Source of the DNA: a virus | Taxonomy: Duplodnaviria; Caudoviricetes | Direction: 5' to 3' (one strand) | DNA length: 51,846 bases | Virus record (IMG/VR): IMGVR_UViG_3300017963_000334 | Span: 1 to 51,846 of that record | In this document: positions 27,277 through 36,953 of the stretch, one piece after another | Layout: each line of letters opens with the position of its first letter | How positions within the stretch are numbered: position 1 is the stretch's first letter | The notes under the pieces: generated by a model | What the model saw: only the letters and a program-made list of their open reading frames with translations | Told to the model about the DNA's origin: nothing | The model's database searches: none | Position numbers and translations under genes: made by a program

Positions 27277-28060
27277 GAAATCGCTTATCTGCCTTCCGAT
27301 GCCCCCGAATGGCCCGGCCTTCACCGGGCAATTTCTCTATGACCAGGCCATGCTCCCCTGCGATCTTCTCGCAATAGCTTGAATCCATCTCGATCAAGAT
27401 GCAACGTCGACCAATGCGCTTACAAACTCGGAGCGTCGTACCTGTGCCCGCAAATGGGTCCAGTACGAGATCGCCCGGCTGAGTGGTGAGGAGCAGGCAT
27501 CGCTCCACGAGCCCTTCGTGTAGCTGCGTAGGGCACCATTTACGGCGTTGCTTCGAGTTGCCCGTTACTCGTGGGAAATCAAATACATCCCCGGGCACGC
27601 GCCCCTTGGGGTCTGCCCGCTTATCACCATGGAGTTGACGCCAAGACGGGACGCGGATCGCGTCGGGATAGAGTGGCGCACCAAGGTGCTGAAATCGCCA
27701 CAGCGGACGATGATTGTTCCCGAGATCGTGCTTATTGTGCTGTCCAAAGGTGAAGGTCTGCGTGCAAGGCTTGACTTGCAGATCAGGATGGAGCGACAGC
27801 ATTAAATTGGTAATGCTTGCAATATGTAAGAGCCAGCGTGCATTGAAACTAAGCCAGACCGTATCGGATGCAAGTAGCATCGCGTGAAGCCAATTCTCCA
27901 TGGCGTTCTTGTAATCTTCTGCCGCGAGGCGATCCTTATAGGACTTGTACTTCAGGCCGATGTTATCCGGCGGATCGGCGAAGATACATGATACATCTTC
28001 TGGAGATATTACCCTGAGAGCCGAGAGGCAGTCGCCGCAGATGATTTTGTAGTCGCTCAT
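27233..28060 (-). CDS. DNA amino-methyltransferase (N6A/N4C, beta class) with atypical DPPD motif
   Basis: ICGDCL, FADPPDNIG, CPTQL, VLDPFAGTGTT. Confidence 0.88.
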   Translation of the reverse strand: MSDYKIICGDCLSALRVISPEDVSCIFADPPDNIGLKYKSYKDRLAAEDYKNAMENWLHAMLLASDTVWLSFNARWLLHIASITNLMLSLHPDLQVKPCTQTFTFGQHNKHDLGNNHRPLWRFQHLGAPLYPDAIRVPSWRQLHGDKRADPKGRVPGDVFDFPRVTGNSKQRRKWCPTQLHEGLVERCLLLTTQPGDLVLDPFAGTGTTLRVCKRIGRRCILIEMDSSYCEKIAGEHGLVIEKLPGEGRAIRGHRKADKRFLMGQGTLFPLEEAA

Positions 28061-28311
28061 TGGTTTGCTACTATTTGATGCGTGCTTTTTGTCGGCCAAT
28101 TTTCCCTCCCTGCTTTAGCCACCTCGATAGCCTCCTTTACGGATTCGCCTGTTGCGGTCTCCAGCGGAACGAAAACCCACCCGGGCGGGCATTGGCTAAT
28201 GTGCTCTTTGTGCGCTACGAAAACACCGAGATGCGCACCGCATGCAGCAAATCCGCCGACTTTAGCCAGGTATTCATGATAGGCCGTTGTTTGCATTTGG
28301 CAATTACTCAT
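28057..28311 (-). CDS. Hypothetical protein
   Basis: Translationally coupled to both neighbours. Confidence 0.55.
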   Translation of the reverse strand: MSNCQMQTTAYHEYLAKVGGFAACGAHLGVFVAHKEHISQCPPGWVFVPLETATGESVKEAIEVAKAGRENWPTKSTHQIVANQ

Positions 28312-28643
28312 TAGCGTTCATCTCCATCGCCGTGTATAGTGCCGCGCTGCCTGCGGGCGGCAAGTATGGCTATGTTCCCCCGAGCCACATCGCCCATATT
28401 GAGTCCCAGGTCAACGCAAAGGGCAGCTATATACCAAAGGACATCACCCAACTCCTTGGCTATCTGGGTGCGCCGTTCGCCTGTCACATGGCCGTCATCG
28501 TCGCGGAAGATCTTCTTGACCTTGTTAGCAACCTCACCGGCCTCCCCGGCAAGGCCGAGTGCCGGGTAGAAGATGCGGATACTATCCGGGTAGACGGCCG
28601 TCCGGGCAGCGGCAGCCTGATAGTCGTCGAAGGTGCGAATCAT
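28311..28643 (-). CDS. MazG-like nucleotide pyrophosphohydrolase
   Basis: YPALGLAGEAGEVANKVKK, KELGDVLWY, GTIHGDGDER. Confidence 0.92.
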   Translation of the reverse strand: MIRTFDDYQAAAARTAVYPDSIRIFYPALGLAGEAGEVANKVKKIFRDDDGHVTGERRTQIAKELGDVLWYIAALCVDLGLNMGDVARGNIAILAARRQRGTIHGDGDER

Positions 28644-28939
28644 TTTTCTACCTCATCTCTGAATTGTTCCCAGGCTTCGTACGCTTTCGCCATCCCGATC
28701 CCCCAGCCCTTTCCGTGATTGCCAATCTGATCGTACTCCCAAGCGTGTCCCCACTCATGCACTAAAGTGTCGAGTTGCCTATGCCTGGGATCGCGCTTGC
28801 GAATACATACGGTAATTAGGCCACTATCCGACATGCTCGTTGAGCCGTCGTCTTTCATGTCGACGCGACGAACAACTACGCGATGCTTTAGCGGCACTGT
28901 GCGCTTCAGGTGAATCACAAAACGTTCAAAGCAATCCAC
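28640..28939 (-). CDS. Small HExxH metallopeptidase-like protein
   Basis: DTLVHEWGHA...HGKGWG. Confidence 0.65.
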   Translation of the reverse strand: MDCFERFVIHLKRTVPLKHRVVVRRVDMKDDGSTSMSDSGLITVCIRKRDPRHRQLDTLVHEWGHAWEYDQIGNHGKGWGIGMAKAYEAWEQFRDEVEK

Positions 28940-28948
28940 TGGGCAACC

Positions 28949-29209
28949 TCACTTTCTTGGGAGAAAACGATAACGCATGACAACCAACAGCGCCGCGGTA
29001 TTGCCGGTATAGCTCACCAGTAGCCAGGGCACCCAGCCGCACTGCAATGGGATTGCAATCAGCATGCTCACGCCTCCGACAAGCCACACCCAGAGCATGC
29101 CGGCAGAAAGCCCGTTACCGTGCCCCCGCCGCCAGCATTGGACAGCTTGCGGAATCGCGCAAACACTGTAAGCAAGGGCGCCGAGCCATCCAAGGAGTGT
29201 AGCAATCAT
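28949..29209 (-). CDS. PQ-loop (SemiSWEET-like) 3-TM membrane protein
   Basis: LGWLG...CAIPQA......GLS; three hydrophobic segments; 86 aa. Confidence 0.75.
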   Translation of the reverse strand: MIATLLGWLGALAYSVCAIPQAVQCWRRGHGNGLSAGMLWVWLVGGVSMLIAIPLQCGWVPWLLVSYTGNTAALLVVMRYRFLPRK

Positions 29210-29826
29210 GCCGCTTCCTTTCTCATCCATGGTTGCCAGTACATGGGCCCAAATAGCCTATCAAATTCCCTTGTGATATAATGTGAAGTGTTAAAATCGT
29301 GCAGGGAATTCCATGGCCTCGGTACGAGAATCGCCGAACCGCCCGCCTGCCGGAAGGCTTGCACATTTTTATCCGTATCGTCAATTAACAGGGCATTCGG
29401 ACTCGCACAGGCATACTTAGAAGTTCCAATGAAACATTGCTCCTGAAGCCATTGCGGAAGGTGGGTTCGTATCCATGCTACTTTCGCCGAGGCAACATGA
29501 TTTCCGACTTTCCGCGGGGCTGCGGTCAGAATGAAGATGTTCTCTTGGCCGACAAGCGTTTCACACAGGGCGAGCAGCCAAGAGAATTCCTGCGATTGCG
29601 GGACAGTAGCCCAGAATTTCGCTGGGAGTATATTCCAGAAGGTTGCCTGCGTGAAGACAAACGCCTTCTGTAATGCGTTGGCTGCGCGGATAATATCGAA
29701 TCCCCATGCGGAATCGTACTTGCCATAATCGAATTTTTCTACGGGGCATCCGACCCAGCGAAGGGCAGATAAGGTAAACGTATTGAGTACGTCGTCCAAA
29801 TCGAGAAAGATCTTGGTTGGTCTCAT
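29206..29826 (-). CDS. HAD-family 5'(3')-deoxyribonucleotidase-like protein
   Basis: IFLDLDDVL, ILTA, K..W, LLIDD...N, PRPWN. Confidence 0.85.
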   Translation of the reverse strand: MRPTKIFLDLDDVLNTFTLSALRWVGCPVEKFDYGKYDSAWGFDIIRAANALQKAFVFTQATFWNILPAKFWATVPQSQEFSWLLALCETLVGQENIFILTAAPRKVGNHVASAKVAWIRTHLPQWLQEQCFIGTSKYACASPNALLIDDTDKNVQAFRQAGGSAILVPRPWNSLHDFNTSHYITREFDRLFGPMYWQPWMRKEAA

Positions 29827-30230
29827 GCGGCATCTCCTTTTGGGGGGAAATCAATAAATGGCGCTGAGCCACCAAGCAATTCGTGGAGACACCCCATTGC
29901 GTTAAAGATCACTCCGCATAGCGCTTCTTCTTTGGTAATCTCGTGGCGATCTTTCATGTCGTAGCGCCTCCAACCGCGATGGAGAAACCAGACATCGAAG
30001 AAATGCCTAAAGAGTGATTTGACATACTGCTCGATCGGAATGCCCTTTTGCCAATTGTCGGATTCTCGCATTTCTCCGTTCGATTGCTTCCTGTGCTCGT
30101 GCATGTATTGCGCATAGCGCTCTAATGCTATCGGGCTTAGAAAACCTTCAAAATCCAGTTTGTCATTATCTGAGTCGCGCGTTGCGCCTGACTCGAAAAT
30201 GCGAATCGCATCACTTTCTTTGTTACTCAC
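29823..30230 (-). CDS. dATP/dGTP diphosphohydrolase-like protein (DUF5664-like)
   Basis: FESGATRD...DNWQKGIP...SLFRH...ALCGVIFNAMG. Confidence 0.75.
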   Translation of the reverse strand: MSNKESDAIRIFESGATRDSDNDKLDFEGFLSPIALERYAQYMHEHRKQSNGEMRESDNWQKGIPIEQYVKSLFRHFFDVWFLHRGWRRYDMKDRHEITKEEALCGVIFNAMGCLHELLGGSAPFIDFPPKGDAA

Positions 30231-30934
30231 GCTGCTCTCCTTTTTCTGAATCGAGATTTGTGGTATCGTTCTTTCGTGCCGCAAGGCATGATTTCGTGAT
30301 AAGGAATGCCGTCCAGGATGAGTGCCGCGGATAGAATTGGTCGTTCCTTGCAGTGTTTCCCGTAAGCAAATTGCCAGGCATCCACATCAATCCCGCACCC
30401 TACGTCGATTGAAAATATTCGCTCGCGAGGATTCGCTCGCCACTTGATTCCTGCTCGTGCATGACAATGCCCCATCACTGCTGGCATGAGCATCTTCCCG
30501 GCCAAGTTCCACGCTGGATGGATACCACCTTGGTCTGTGCCATGGCAGAAGTAGGCTCCATCAAGAACATGCTCATATTTCCACAGCCAACCTTTGGTTT
30601 CCCAGGTTTCATTGAAATTGCGAATGTAAACGGCTGGAATATTGGATTTTTCAGCTAGCCTCAATACCCTATCATCGTGGTTTCCAATGCATACATATGC
30701 TTTGGGAAACGCTTCGTACCACGTCTTAAGGCATGACTTGGCTAGTGTGTATTCGTCAGTCGCTCCAGGGCAATTGGGGTTCTTGACGTGAAAGCTGATT
30801 GCATGATGATCTACCACATCACCGATGAAAACGACTTTATTGCAAACCCACTCCTCATACAAATCACGGCAGAATGATAGGTACCCCGGGTGCGCAACTG
30901 GTGCGTGTATGTCTCCAATTACCAGTATTCTCAT
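30227..30934 (-). CDS. Calcineurin-like metallophosphoesterase
   Basis: GDIH, GDVVD, GNHD, HG, GHCH. Confidence 0.92.
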   Translation of the reverse strand: MRILVIGDIHAPVAHPGYLSFCRDLYEEWVCNKVVFIGDVVDHHAISFHVKNPNCPGATDEYTLAKSCLKTWYEAFPKAYVCIGNHDDRVLRLAEKSNIPAVYIRNFNETWETKGWLWKYEHVLDGAYFCHGTDQGGIHPAWNLAGKMLMPAVMGHCHARAGIKWRANPRERIFSIDVGCGIDVDAWQFAYGKHCKERPILSAALILDGIPYHEIMPCGTKERYHKSRFRKRRAA

Positions 30935-30945
30935 ATTTGCCCCTA

Positions 30946-31332
30946 CTACTTGAGCCTCGTCACAGTTAGTACGACTCTTGGATTGTCTCGGTCGACACGA
31001 AAACTAGGCGGCAATTTACGCATATGCTCCGAGTCGTCATCTTCCACGAGCCCGGCATCTACGATACCATCGTAAGCTGGCTTGATTGATACCATGGCAT
31101 TCTCATCATCATGCCGTCCCCTGCGCTTGTAATAGAAAGCTGATGCCACTTCGACTTTCAGCCAAGGTGCTGATTCAATTTCCTCTGCCTCCATGGCTTC
31201 TTTCGCTAGCCGGCGGAACTTCGCCGTCGCTGAAGCCTTGGCAAATCGGCCGCGAATAGTTGCCTGCGCCACATTGGGCGATAGCACCCGGGGCGGTAAG
31301 GGCAGCACAATTATTGCTGATTCGGCGTGCAT
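30946..31332 (-). CDS. RusA-like Holliday junction resolvase
   Basis: LPLPP..LSPN, RHDDEN...IKPAYDGIVDAGLVEDDD, PRVVLTV. Confidence 0.75.
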   Translation of the reverse strand: MHAESAIIVLPLPPRVLSPNVAQATIRGRFAKASATAKFRRLAKEAMEAEEIESAPWLKVEVASAFYYKRRGRHDDENAMVSIKPAYDGIVDAGLVEDDDSEHMRKLPPSFRVDRDNPRVVLTVTRLK

Positions 31333-33596
31333 TCCGCTTGCTTTCGATGGAGGATGTAATGCCGCCGCGACCAGAAGCGCGTAGTCTTGCCGTCCGGCTT
31401 ACGAAAGAGGTCTTCTGCCTCAAGTAAATCAGCAAGGAGAGCGTCGCGCCCTCGCCCATTAAGCCATCGACTCTTGCGCGTTAGTTCCCGTTTTACACAT
31501 CCCCTCTGTCCGGCTTGGTCAACTACATCCAGGAGCCGCCGCTTGTGACGTTCGATTTCGCTCTCGGTAATATCACCAGCATGCAGGGAGAAGTCTCGTA
31601 AGAGGAACCTCATCAAGCGACAGGCGAAATCCGCATGGGCGAATGTAATAATTGGGTTATCGGGATTGTCACTGACTGCCAATATTAGCGCAATCTTCCT
31701 GGCGTTCTCCTCGCCCTTCGCCCAAAGGCATTTTAATTCCGGATTATCACGACCGTACGCAATGCAATCGTTATCGAAAACGATGAATCGTTGTTTCGCT
31801 TCGGTATCCACAGAAACAACGAGTTGAATGGGGTCTGCCGCTTGGTACTGCCCGGCTACATCGTAATTCAATAATGTACCAACTGTGTGTCCCCCATCAG
31901 GTTCGATGATACGCTGCCGCCAAGCTCGCACCTGAGTCACGAGAGATTCCGGTATGGTTTCTTCTTCTGTTTGAGGATCACGCGATTTAACGGGGTCAGA
32001 ACCAGCATAGAATACAAGGCATCGCGAAAGCCACCCATCCTGTAACTCCTCAGGCGAGAGCCCCTCATGGAAGCGCCCCGGAGACGAGAAGCCGTAAATG
32101 CAACAACAAGGTTGTATAAGCTTCCTCTGGGTATCGCCATCCTTGTACTCACGACCCTTGTATACAGATTTGGCAGACGAGTACAACTTCATTAGTGTAT
32201 AAACTGTTCGGGCGGTATGGTTAGCTCCCGGATTTTTGAGGGCATTCAAGAAATGCCCTAATTCATCCCAGAGAAATAGAGTAGCGGGGTGCCTCTCAAG
32301 CCGCGATTCGATTGCCACATCGCTAGCAAGATCATCCCCCCCCAGAAGATCGCTACACCCAGCTCGCTCGCAAAGCCTACGAATCTGATAGGGGGCATGA
32401 TCCTTCCCCCATGAACTGCCGGCAATTCCCATGCAATAGAGGTTGGTACGCAACCGGCCCGCGCGGACCTTGCGTCCATAAAGCGCCCCGAGAAATGCCA
32501 AGGAACACCCAAGAGTAAGGAGTGGCTGAGGTTTCAGTGCCGTGCGATTGATCCAGGAACACAATTCCCCCAGTAAACCAGTAGGCTGGGTAAGAAAAGC
32601 CAACTCGCGTTGCCGCTCCTCGGGGTCCTCCTGCTCCTCTTCTTCCTCCTCCACGAAAGGCCGCTCAACTACGGGCTTGATAAGCTTAGCCTCCTCGACG
32701 GCAATTAACTTCTGAATTGCTTCAGGCGTATAAAGGCACGGCTGCTCAGTATACTCCTGGCTGTCCAGGAGCCACCCCACTGGCTTGTCGGAATTGAACT
32801 TTTGAGCTTCGCTGATTTTGCGTCGGAAGTCCTTGAGTTCCCTTGGGTCATCCAAGTCCCACGGCGGATCGCATCTCGGATTGAATTCGTGTGCAAGCAA
32901 ATCGAACGCCTGCGCTTCCGATAGAGCGAATCCACGCACCATGAAGTCTGCCGCTCGCAGGAGCTTATCATGCCCTCCACACCCCTGGACGGCAGGATCG
33001 CACGTTGCAAGGTAGGCACTAGCCCGACGGAGAACGTCGCTGTCCACAACATGAGTGGAGGGTAAGACTAATGGCGGGGGAGGGGAGGATTTTGCTTTCC
33101 CCTGCGGACGCAGGCAATCCGGGTACTCCGCTAGCTCGCATTCCCAGGGGGCACGTTCCTGAATCCACTCGTATCGGCCTCCGTTGGGATGAATCGACGG
33201 CGTGAGCACCACGTAATATCCGGTTGACCGAATATCAACGCCCGGCAGAAAGTTATTCTTATTGGCAGGCGGAGTATTAGTCCGGAAGAACAGATGCGCC
33301 CCGCCGCGGGGGGTAAGCTGCTTGACGGTCTCCGGTAAATTGTATTTCGAGAGGGAATCCCAGCCATTTGCCCTGTCGGATACATCAATGTCCACGACAT
33401 GAATACCGCTCGGTTCCCCGCAGGCCACGGCGATATTTGCGTCGGGCATGCGTCCCCACCAGTCGCGGATCAGGTATTCATTCTTTGTCGCATCCTTGAC
33501 GCCATGCTGCGTTGCTGGAGTCTTCTGCCCCGGGGAACACGGGAAGATTGCCCAGCCTAATTGCGCGTATTTCAACGCCCATTCGAGATGGTTCAT
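31311..33596 (-). CDS. Bifunctional primase-polymerase with C-terminal DUF3987-like P-loop domain
   Basis: GWAIFPC, HGVKDAT, ANIAVACG, VVDID, TPRGGAHLFF, GVDIR..GYYVV..PS; C-terminal GSSWGKD, LWDELG, DGWLSR. Confidence 0.9.
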   Translation of the reverse strand: MNHLEWALKYAQLGWAIFPCSPGQKTPATQHGVKDATKNEYLIRDWWGRMPDANIAVACGEPSGIHVVDIDVSDRANGWDSLSKYNLPETVKQLTPRGGAHLFFRTNTPPANKNNFLPGVDIRSTGYYVVLTPSIHPNGGRYEWIQERAPWECELAEYPDCLRPQGKAKSSPPPPLVLPSTHVVDSDVLRRASAYLATCDPAVQGCGGHDKLLRAADFMVRGFALSEAQAFDLLAHEFNPRCDPPWDLDDPRELKDFRRKISEAQKFNSDKPVGWLLDSQEYTEQPCLYTPEAIQKLIAVEEAKLIKPVVERPFVEEEEEEQEDPEERQRELAFLTQPTGLLGELCSWINRTALKPQPLLTLGCSLAFLGALYGRKVRAGRLRTNLYCMGIAGSSWGKDHAPYQIRRLCERAGCSDLLGGDDLASDVAIESRLERHPATLFLWDELGHFLNALKNPGANHTARTVYTLMKLYSSAKSVYKGREYKDGDTQRKLIQPCCCIYGFSSPGRFHEGLSPEELQDGWLSRCLVFYAGSDPVKSRDPQTEEETIPESLVTQVRAWRQRIIEPDGGHTVGTLLNYDVAGQYQAADPIQLVVSVDTEAKQRFIVFDNDCIAYGRDNPELKCLWAKGEENARKIALILAVSDNPDNPIITFAHADFACRLMRFLLRDFSLHAGDITESEIERHKRRLLDVVDQAGQRGCVKRELTRKSRWLNGRGRDALLADLLEAEDLFRKPDGKTTRFWSRRHYILHRKQAECTPNQQ

Positions 33597-35221
33597 GCTG
33601 CTTTCTCAAGCTCCCGATTATAATCAATCACCCTCCAGTATTTTCCGTCGCGTTGCACCGTGATTGTCTTCGTGTATTCCTCTAAAGTGGGAACCGTAAG
33701 GAGATTAGAGAGGGCTTTATCAACGGTAGCCCCTTTCGTAAGGAGTAGACTACAGCGCTTATGCCACCAGCGCTGGGCAATTTCCCCGGCCTTCCCTGGA
33801 TGATCCAGGCATACCCACTCCCGGAAGATACGCAAGCCGCAGCGGTAACGCACCAGGAGGCTATCTGGCTTGCCAGGTTTACAGTGGCGGCTAACCATGA
33901 CGCCATTAACAGCGTGTGTTTCGGGCGCATTTGAAAGGATGGAACGATCGGACGCCTTGTCTCCGTGCATTCGGCGTTCACGTTCCTCCTGTTCGAGCCG
34001 GTCAAATTCCTGCTTGGGAATTTCCCAGCCACACTGCGGACACCGCCTCACTGCGCGAGAAAAAGATTCTCGACACTGGCCACATACAGCAAGAACGGTA
34101 GGCTGGCCGCCAAGGAGATCAATTGGTCCGTGCTCATCAATGCATCCTGCGAAGTCAAGCACCAAACAATCGTGCTTATCTGGGTGCAGCCGCAAGCCAC
34201 GCCCCACCATTTGAGAGAATAGTCCAGGAGAGAGAGTGGGACGCAAGAGCACAATGCAGTCGACACAAGTTGCGTTGAATCCTTCAGTGTAAACGTTGAC
34301 GTTGCATACTGCGTGAAGTCGTCCCGCTTTGAAGTCATTTCCGATTTGCCTCCGAAGTTCGGGTTTGGTTTTGCCGGTGACAGCGGGGGCACAGATACTA
34401 TGACGACGAAGTTCTTGTGACACTGCCTGGCAATGCTCGACATCCACACAAAAGAATACGCTTGACTTCCGTTTTTCGCGATTGATAATGCTGACTGCTT
34501 CGTATACGGCGCGTTGAACCAAGTTGTGTTCGTTAGTAATTTTCGACAACGACGACGTAACATACTCTCCTCCTCTGCGCTTAACTCCGTGTAAGTCCGG
34601 TGCCACTTCTCCCACTTTCGATCGCAGCTCGCACAAGAATCCGTCCCGAATGAGGTCGGTAACTGCGGCTTCATAACACACCTCTTGAAGCAAGTGATCC
34701 TTATGGCAGATGGGGCCCGTGCTCATCCGGAAGGGAGTTGCAGTCCAGCCTATGACGCGGAGTTGTTCATTCCAGCGTCGACAGCCCTTCAGGAAGGTGA
34801 GATATTTCCCTTCGCCGCTATGCGGAATACGGTGAGCCTCATCGACCATGATAACATCGAACGGTGCGAAGTCCCCTGATCGTTTGTAGATCGAGTCGAT
34901 CGAAGCAAAAAGAATGGAAGCATCCCAATCCTTTCGCTTCAGGCCGGCAGAGAAGATCCCAATGTCATTCGCGAGCCTAAAGCCCTCGCGATGCTGCACC
35001 TCCATGAACTCGTCGAAGTTTTGCTGAACTAGCTCCTTCCGATGCGCCAAGACTACACACCGAAACCCCCGGGTCTTGGCCTTCCAACCTTGAATTGCCC
35101 AGGCGATCATTAACGACTTGCCGCCCCCCGTCGGTACGACGACGCACGGATTGGTATCCTTAGTGCAAATATGCCTATGCAAGGCAGAAAGACCTTCAGC
35201 CTGGTAGGGTCTGGGATTCAT
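33593..35221 (-). CDS. SF2 DEAH helicase (RadD/YejH-like)
   Basis: PRPYQ, PTGGGKS, DEAH, TATP, QMVGRGLR, CxxC..CPQCG. Confidence 0.95.
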   Translation of the reverse strand: MNPRPYQAEGLSALHRHICTKDTNPCVVVPTGGGKSLMIAWAIQGWKAKTRGFRCVVLAHRKELVQQNFDEFMEVQHREGFRLANDIGIFSAGLKRKDWDASILFASIDSIYKRSGDFAPFDVIMVDEAHRIPHSGEGKYLTFLKGCRRWNEQLRVIGWTATPFRMSTGPICHKDHLLQEVCYEAAVTDLIRDGFLCELRSKVGEVAPDLHGVKRRGGEYVTSSLSKITNEHNLVQRAVYEAVSIINREKRKSSVFFCVDVEHCQAVSQELRRHSICAPAVTGKTKPELRRQIGNDFKAGRLHAVCNVNVYTEGFNATCVDCIVLLRPTLSPGLFSQMVGRGLRLHPDKHDCLVLDFAGCIDEHGPIDLLGGQPTVLAVCGQCRESFSRAVRRCPQCGWEIPKQEFDRLEQEERERRMHGDKASDRSILSNAPETHAVNGVMVSRHCKPGKPDSLLVRYRCGLRIFREWVCLDHPGKAGEIAQRWWHKRCSLLLTKGATVDKALSNLLTVPTLEEYTKTITVQRDGKYWRVIDYNRELEKAA

Positions 35222-35631
35222 TTGAGTGAAATATCCGGGCCGCGTCTGTAGATTTCGATTCCCAATTCTTGGAAGATTTCTCGACGCAACTTCGCATCGC
35301 GAGAGGACAATACGCTGGATCGGTATCCCAGCTCGCGATTGATCGCAACCGCCGAGGGGTAGATGCCGTGCTCGTGTAAGCTCACAATGGTTGCACGCAG
35401 CCTCGCAGCATGCGCCTTACCTCCGTATTCTTTGAATCGGCGAGGCTGAGCAAGGCCATGGTGTTCCAGGTTTTCCCACGTTTCGATCCCTTGCTGGATT
35501 AGATACCGCGCTCGCTGGTAGTGATGGAGACACAGGCCACGAGCATGCGGGGAAGTGGAGCAATCACGTATAAGGCAGCGATTCCTCGGTGAGGATTGCG
35601 CCGGCAGGAACTTGAACAGGGGTGCTCTCAC
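35218..35631 (-). CDS. Zinc-finger protein, paralog of 16971-17276, with possible C-terminal HTH
   Basis: CLIRDCSTSPHARGLCLHHY...GIETWENLEHHGLA; then YPSAVAINRELG. Confidence 0.65.
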   Translation of the reverse strand: MRAPLFKFLPAQSSPRNRCLIRDCSTSPHARGLCLHHYQRARYLIQQGIETWENLEHHGLAQPRRFKEYGGKAHAARLRATIVSLHEHGIYPSAVAINRELGYRSSVLSSRDAKLRREIFQELGIEIYRRGPDISLK

Positions 35632-36953
35632 GGATGGTGCTGCTCTCGTATTTCCGCTTGCTTAGTCTGGAGATCCACGAATAAGGCCCGGCCGTGATGG
35701 TACTCAGCCACGCTGTACTCCGGTTGGTTCGAAACTGCAATTGGTTTTTGTTCGCTAAACTCCTCCGCAAAAACCTCGCGCCAAGCAGCGGCTATTTCGT
35801 CGTAGTTTGCCCTACCTTGCCACACCAAGCGAACATCAGAGTGGGAGTACACTGCTGAAATCATATCCGGCTCACACTGGACAGCCGCCCCGAAAGTTTT
35901 CTTGAGCGATTGCAACAGCGAATTATCAAGCATCACCAGGGGAAGGCGCCGTAATTCCTCAGTCGTGTAGGCACCGTCTTCTTGACCATGCGCCCAAGCT
36001 CCGCCGGTATTATCCTCGAAGTCGATAACGGTACGTCCTTTCGGGTCCTGGTACGACGTTACTGGATGAGCATTCACAATCAGGTCGGGTACGACTAGAT
36101 GACATTCGCAAGCTCGCTCCTGCTCCTTGAGGCTTAGCCCCTTTTGGTGCAGTTCACATCGCCAGTGAGCGTTGCCGTCCAGGGTGGGGGTGGCATGGCA
36201 GCATTGTCGGCAGGATATGAATGGAATTGGCAATGCGGATTGCGCGAGACCGTGGCAAAGTTCTCTGGCGTCACAGAGCTTACATTGCCAGAAATCCGGC
36301 CGTTCCGAAGTCCGTGGAGGCGGTACCGTGGCGAAGATTATCTGTTCAGCACGCCTCAACAGCACCTCGGCTTCAGTTTTATCGTATCGGATACGCTCCG
36401 TATAGATTTCTTCCGTGTCCTTGTTCACGGCGACGTAGAGCGCCCTCTTCATTCCAGTGAGGTGCATATACATCATCATCTGGATGTAATGCTCAGGCTT
36501 TGCCTCCCAGACTCCCACCTTCTGGAGCTTCCGCCACGACTTTGCGTTGTGTGTCTTAATTTCGAGCACATGCCAAGTCTTTGGAGCCTCGGGCACTCCG
36601 AGCACAGCGCCGTCTAACCGCCCAGACAAATGCCCACCGAGAGCGACCACCCTGAATTGCTTGCCCGTTGCCTCATCAACCTCATGTACCTCACAGCCGA
36701 TTGCGCGTAAATCCGCTATCACACGAGGCTCCTCTAGGTTTCCGCGATCAAACAAGCGATACATGCGTCCTGGAAATTCAGCACGAGTGCAATGGCGAAA
36801 TTCATACCAGAGCGCCCGGTCGCATTTACCAAGACGTGAAGCGCCAAGGGTGTTGACATTCCAGCTTTTGGCCACTCCCTCCCGTCGCCAATGTTCGTAG
36901 ATTGCCAGAGTGGTCTTGGAGTCCTGCGGTAAGGCTTCTTTCAGGTTGGTCAT
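35628..36953 (-). CDS. Cas4-like PD-(D/E)XK exonuclease
   Basis: LGASRLGKCDRALWY, GRLDG, LEIKT, QMMMYM, CKLC....C, CRQC. Confidence 0.85.
   Translation of the reverse strand: MTNLKEALPQDSKTTLAIYEHWRREGVAKSWNVNTLGASRLGKCDRALWYEFRHCTRAEFPGRMYRLFDRGNLEEPRVIADLRAIGCEVHEVDEATGKQFRVVALGGHLSGRLDGAVLGVPEAPKTWHVLEIKTHNAKSWRKLQKVGVWEAKPEHYIQMMMYMHLTGMKRALYVAVNKDTEEIYTERIRYDKTEAEVLLRRAEQIIFATVPPPRTSERPDFWQCKLCDARELCHGLAQSALPIPFISCRQCCHATPTLDGNAHWRCELHQKGLSLKEQERACECHLVVPDLIVNAHPVTSYQDPKGRTVIDFEDNTGGAWAHGQEDGAYTTEELRRLPLVMLDNSLLQSLKKTFGAAVQCEPDMISAVYSHSDVRLVWQGRANYDEIAAAWREVFAEEFSEQKPIAVSNQPEYSVAEYHHGRALFVDLQTKQAEIREQHHP

Noticed and set aside
29823-30230. 2-aminoadenine (Z) genome pathway
   Set aside because: No PurZ-like synthetase or phage DNA polymerase recognised.
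35628-36953. Cas4-like gene as part of a CRISPR system
   Set aside because: No array or other cas genes; it sits in the usual AAA-DUF669-nuclease-helicase phage module.
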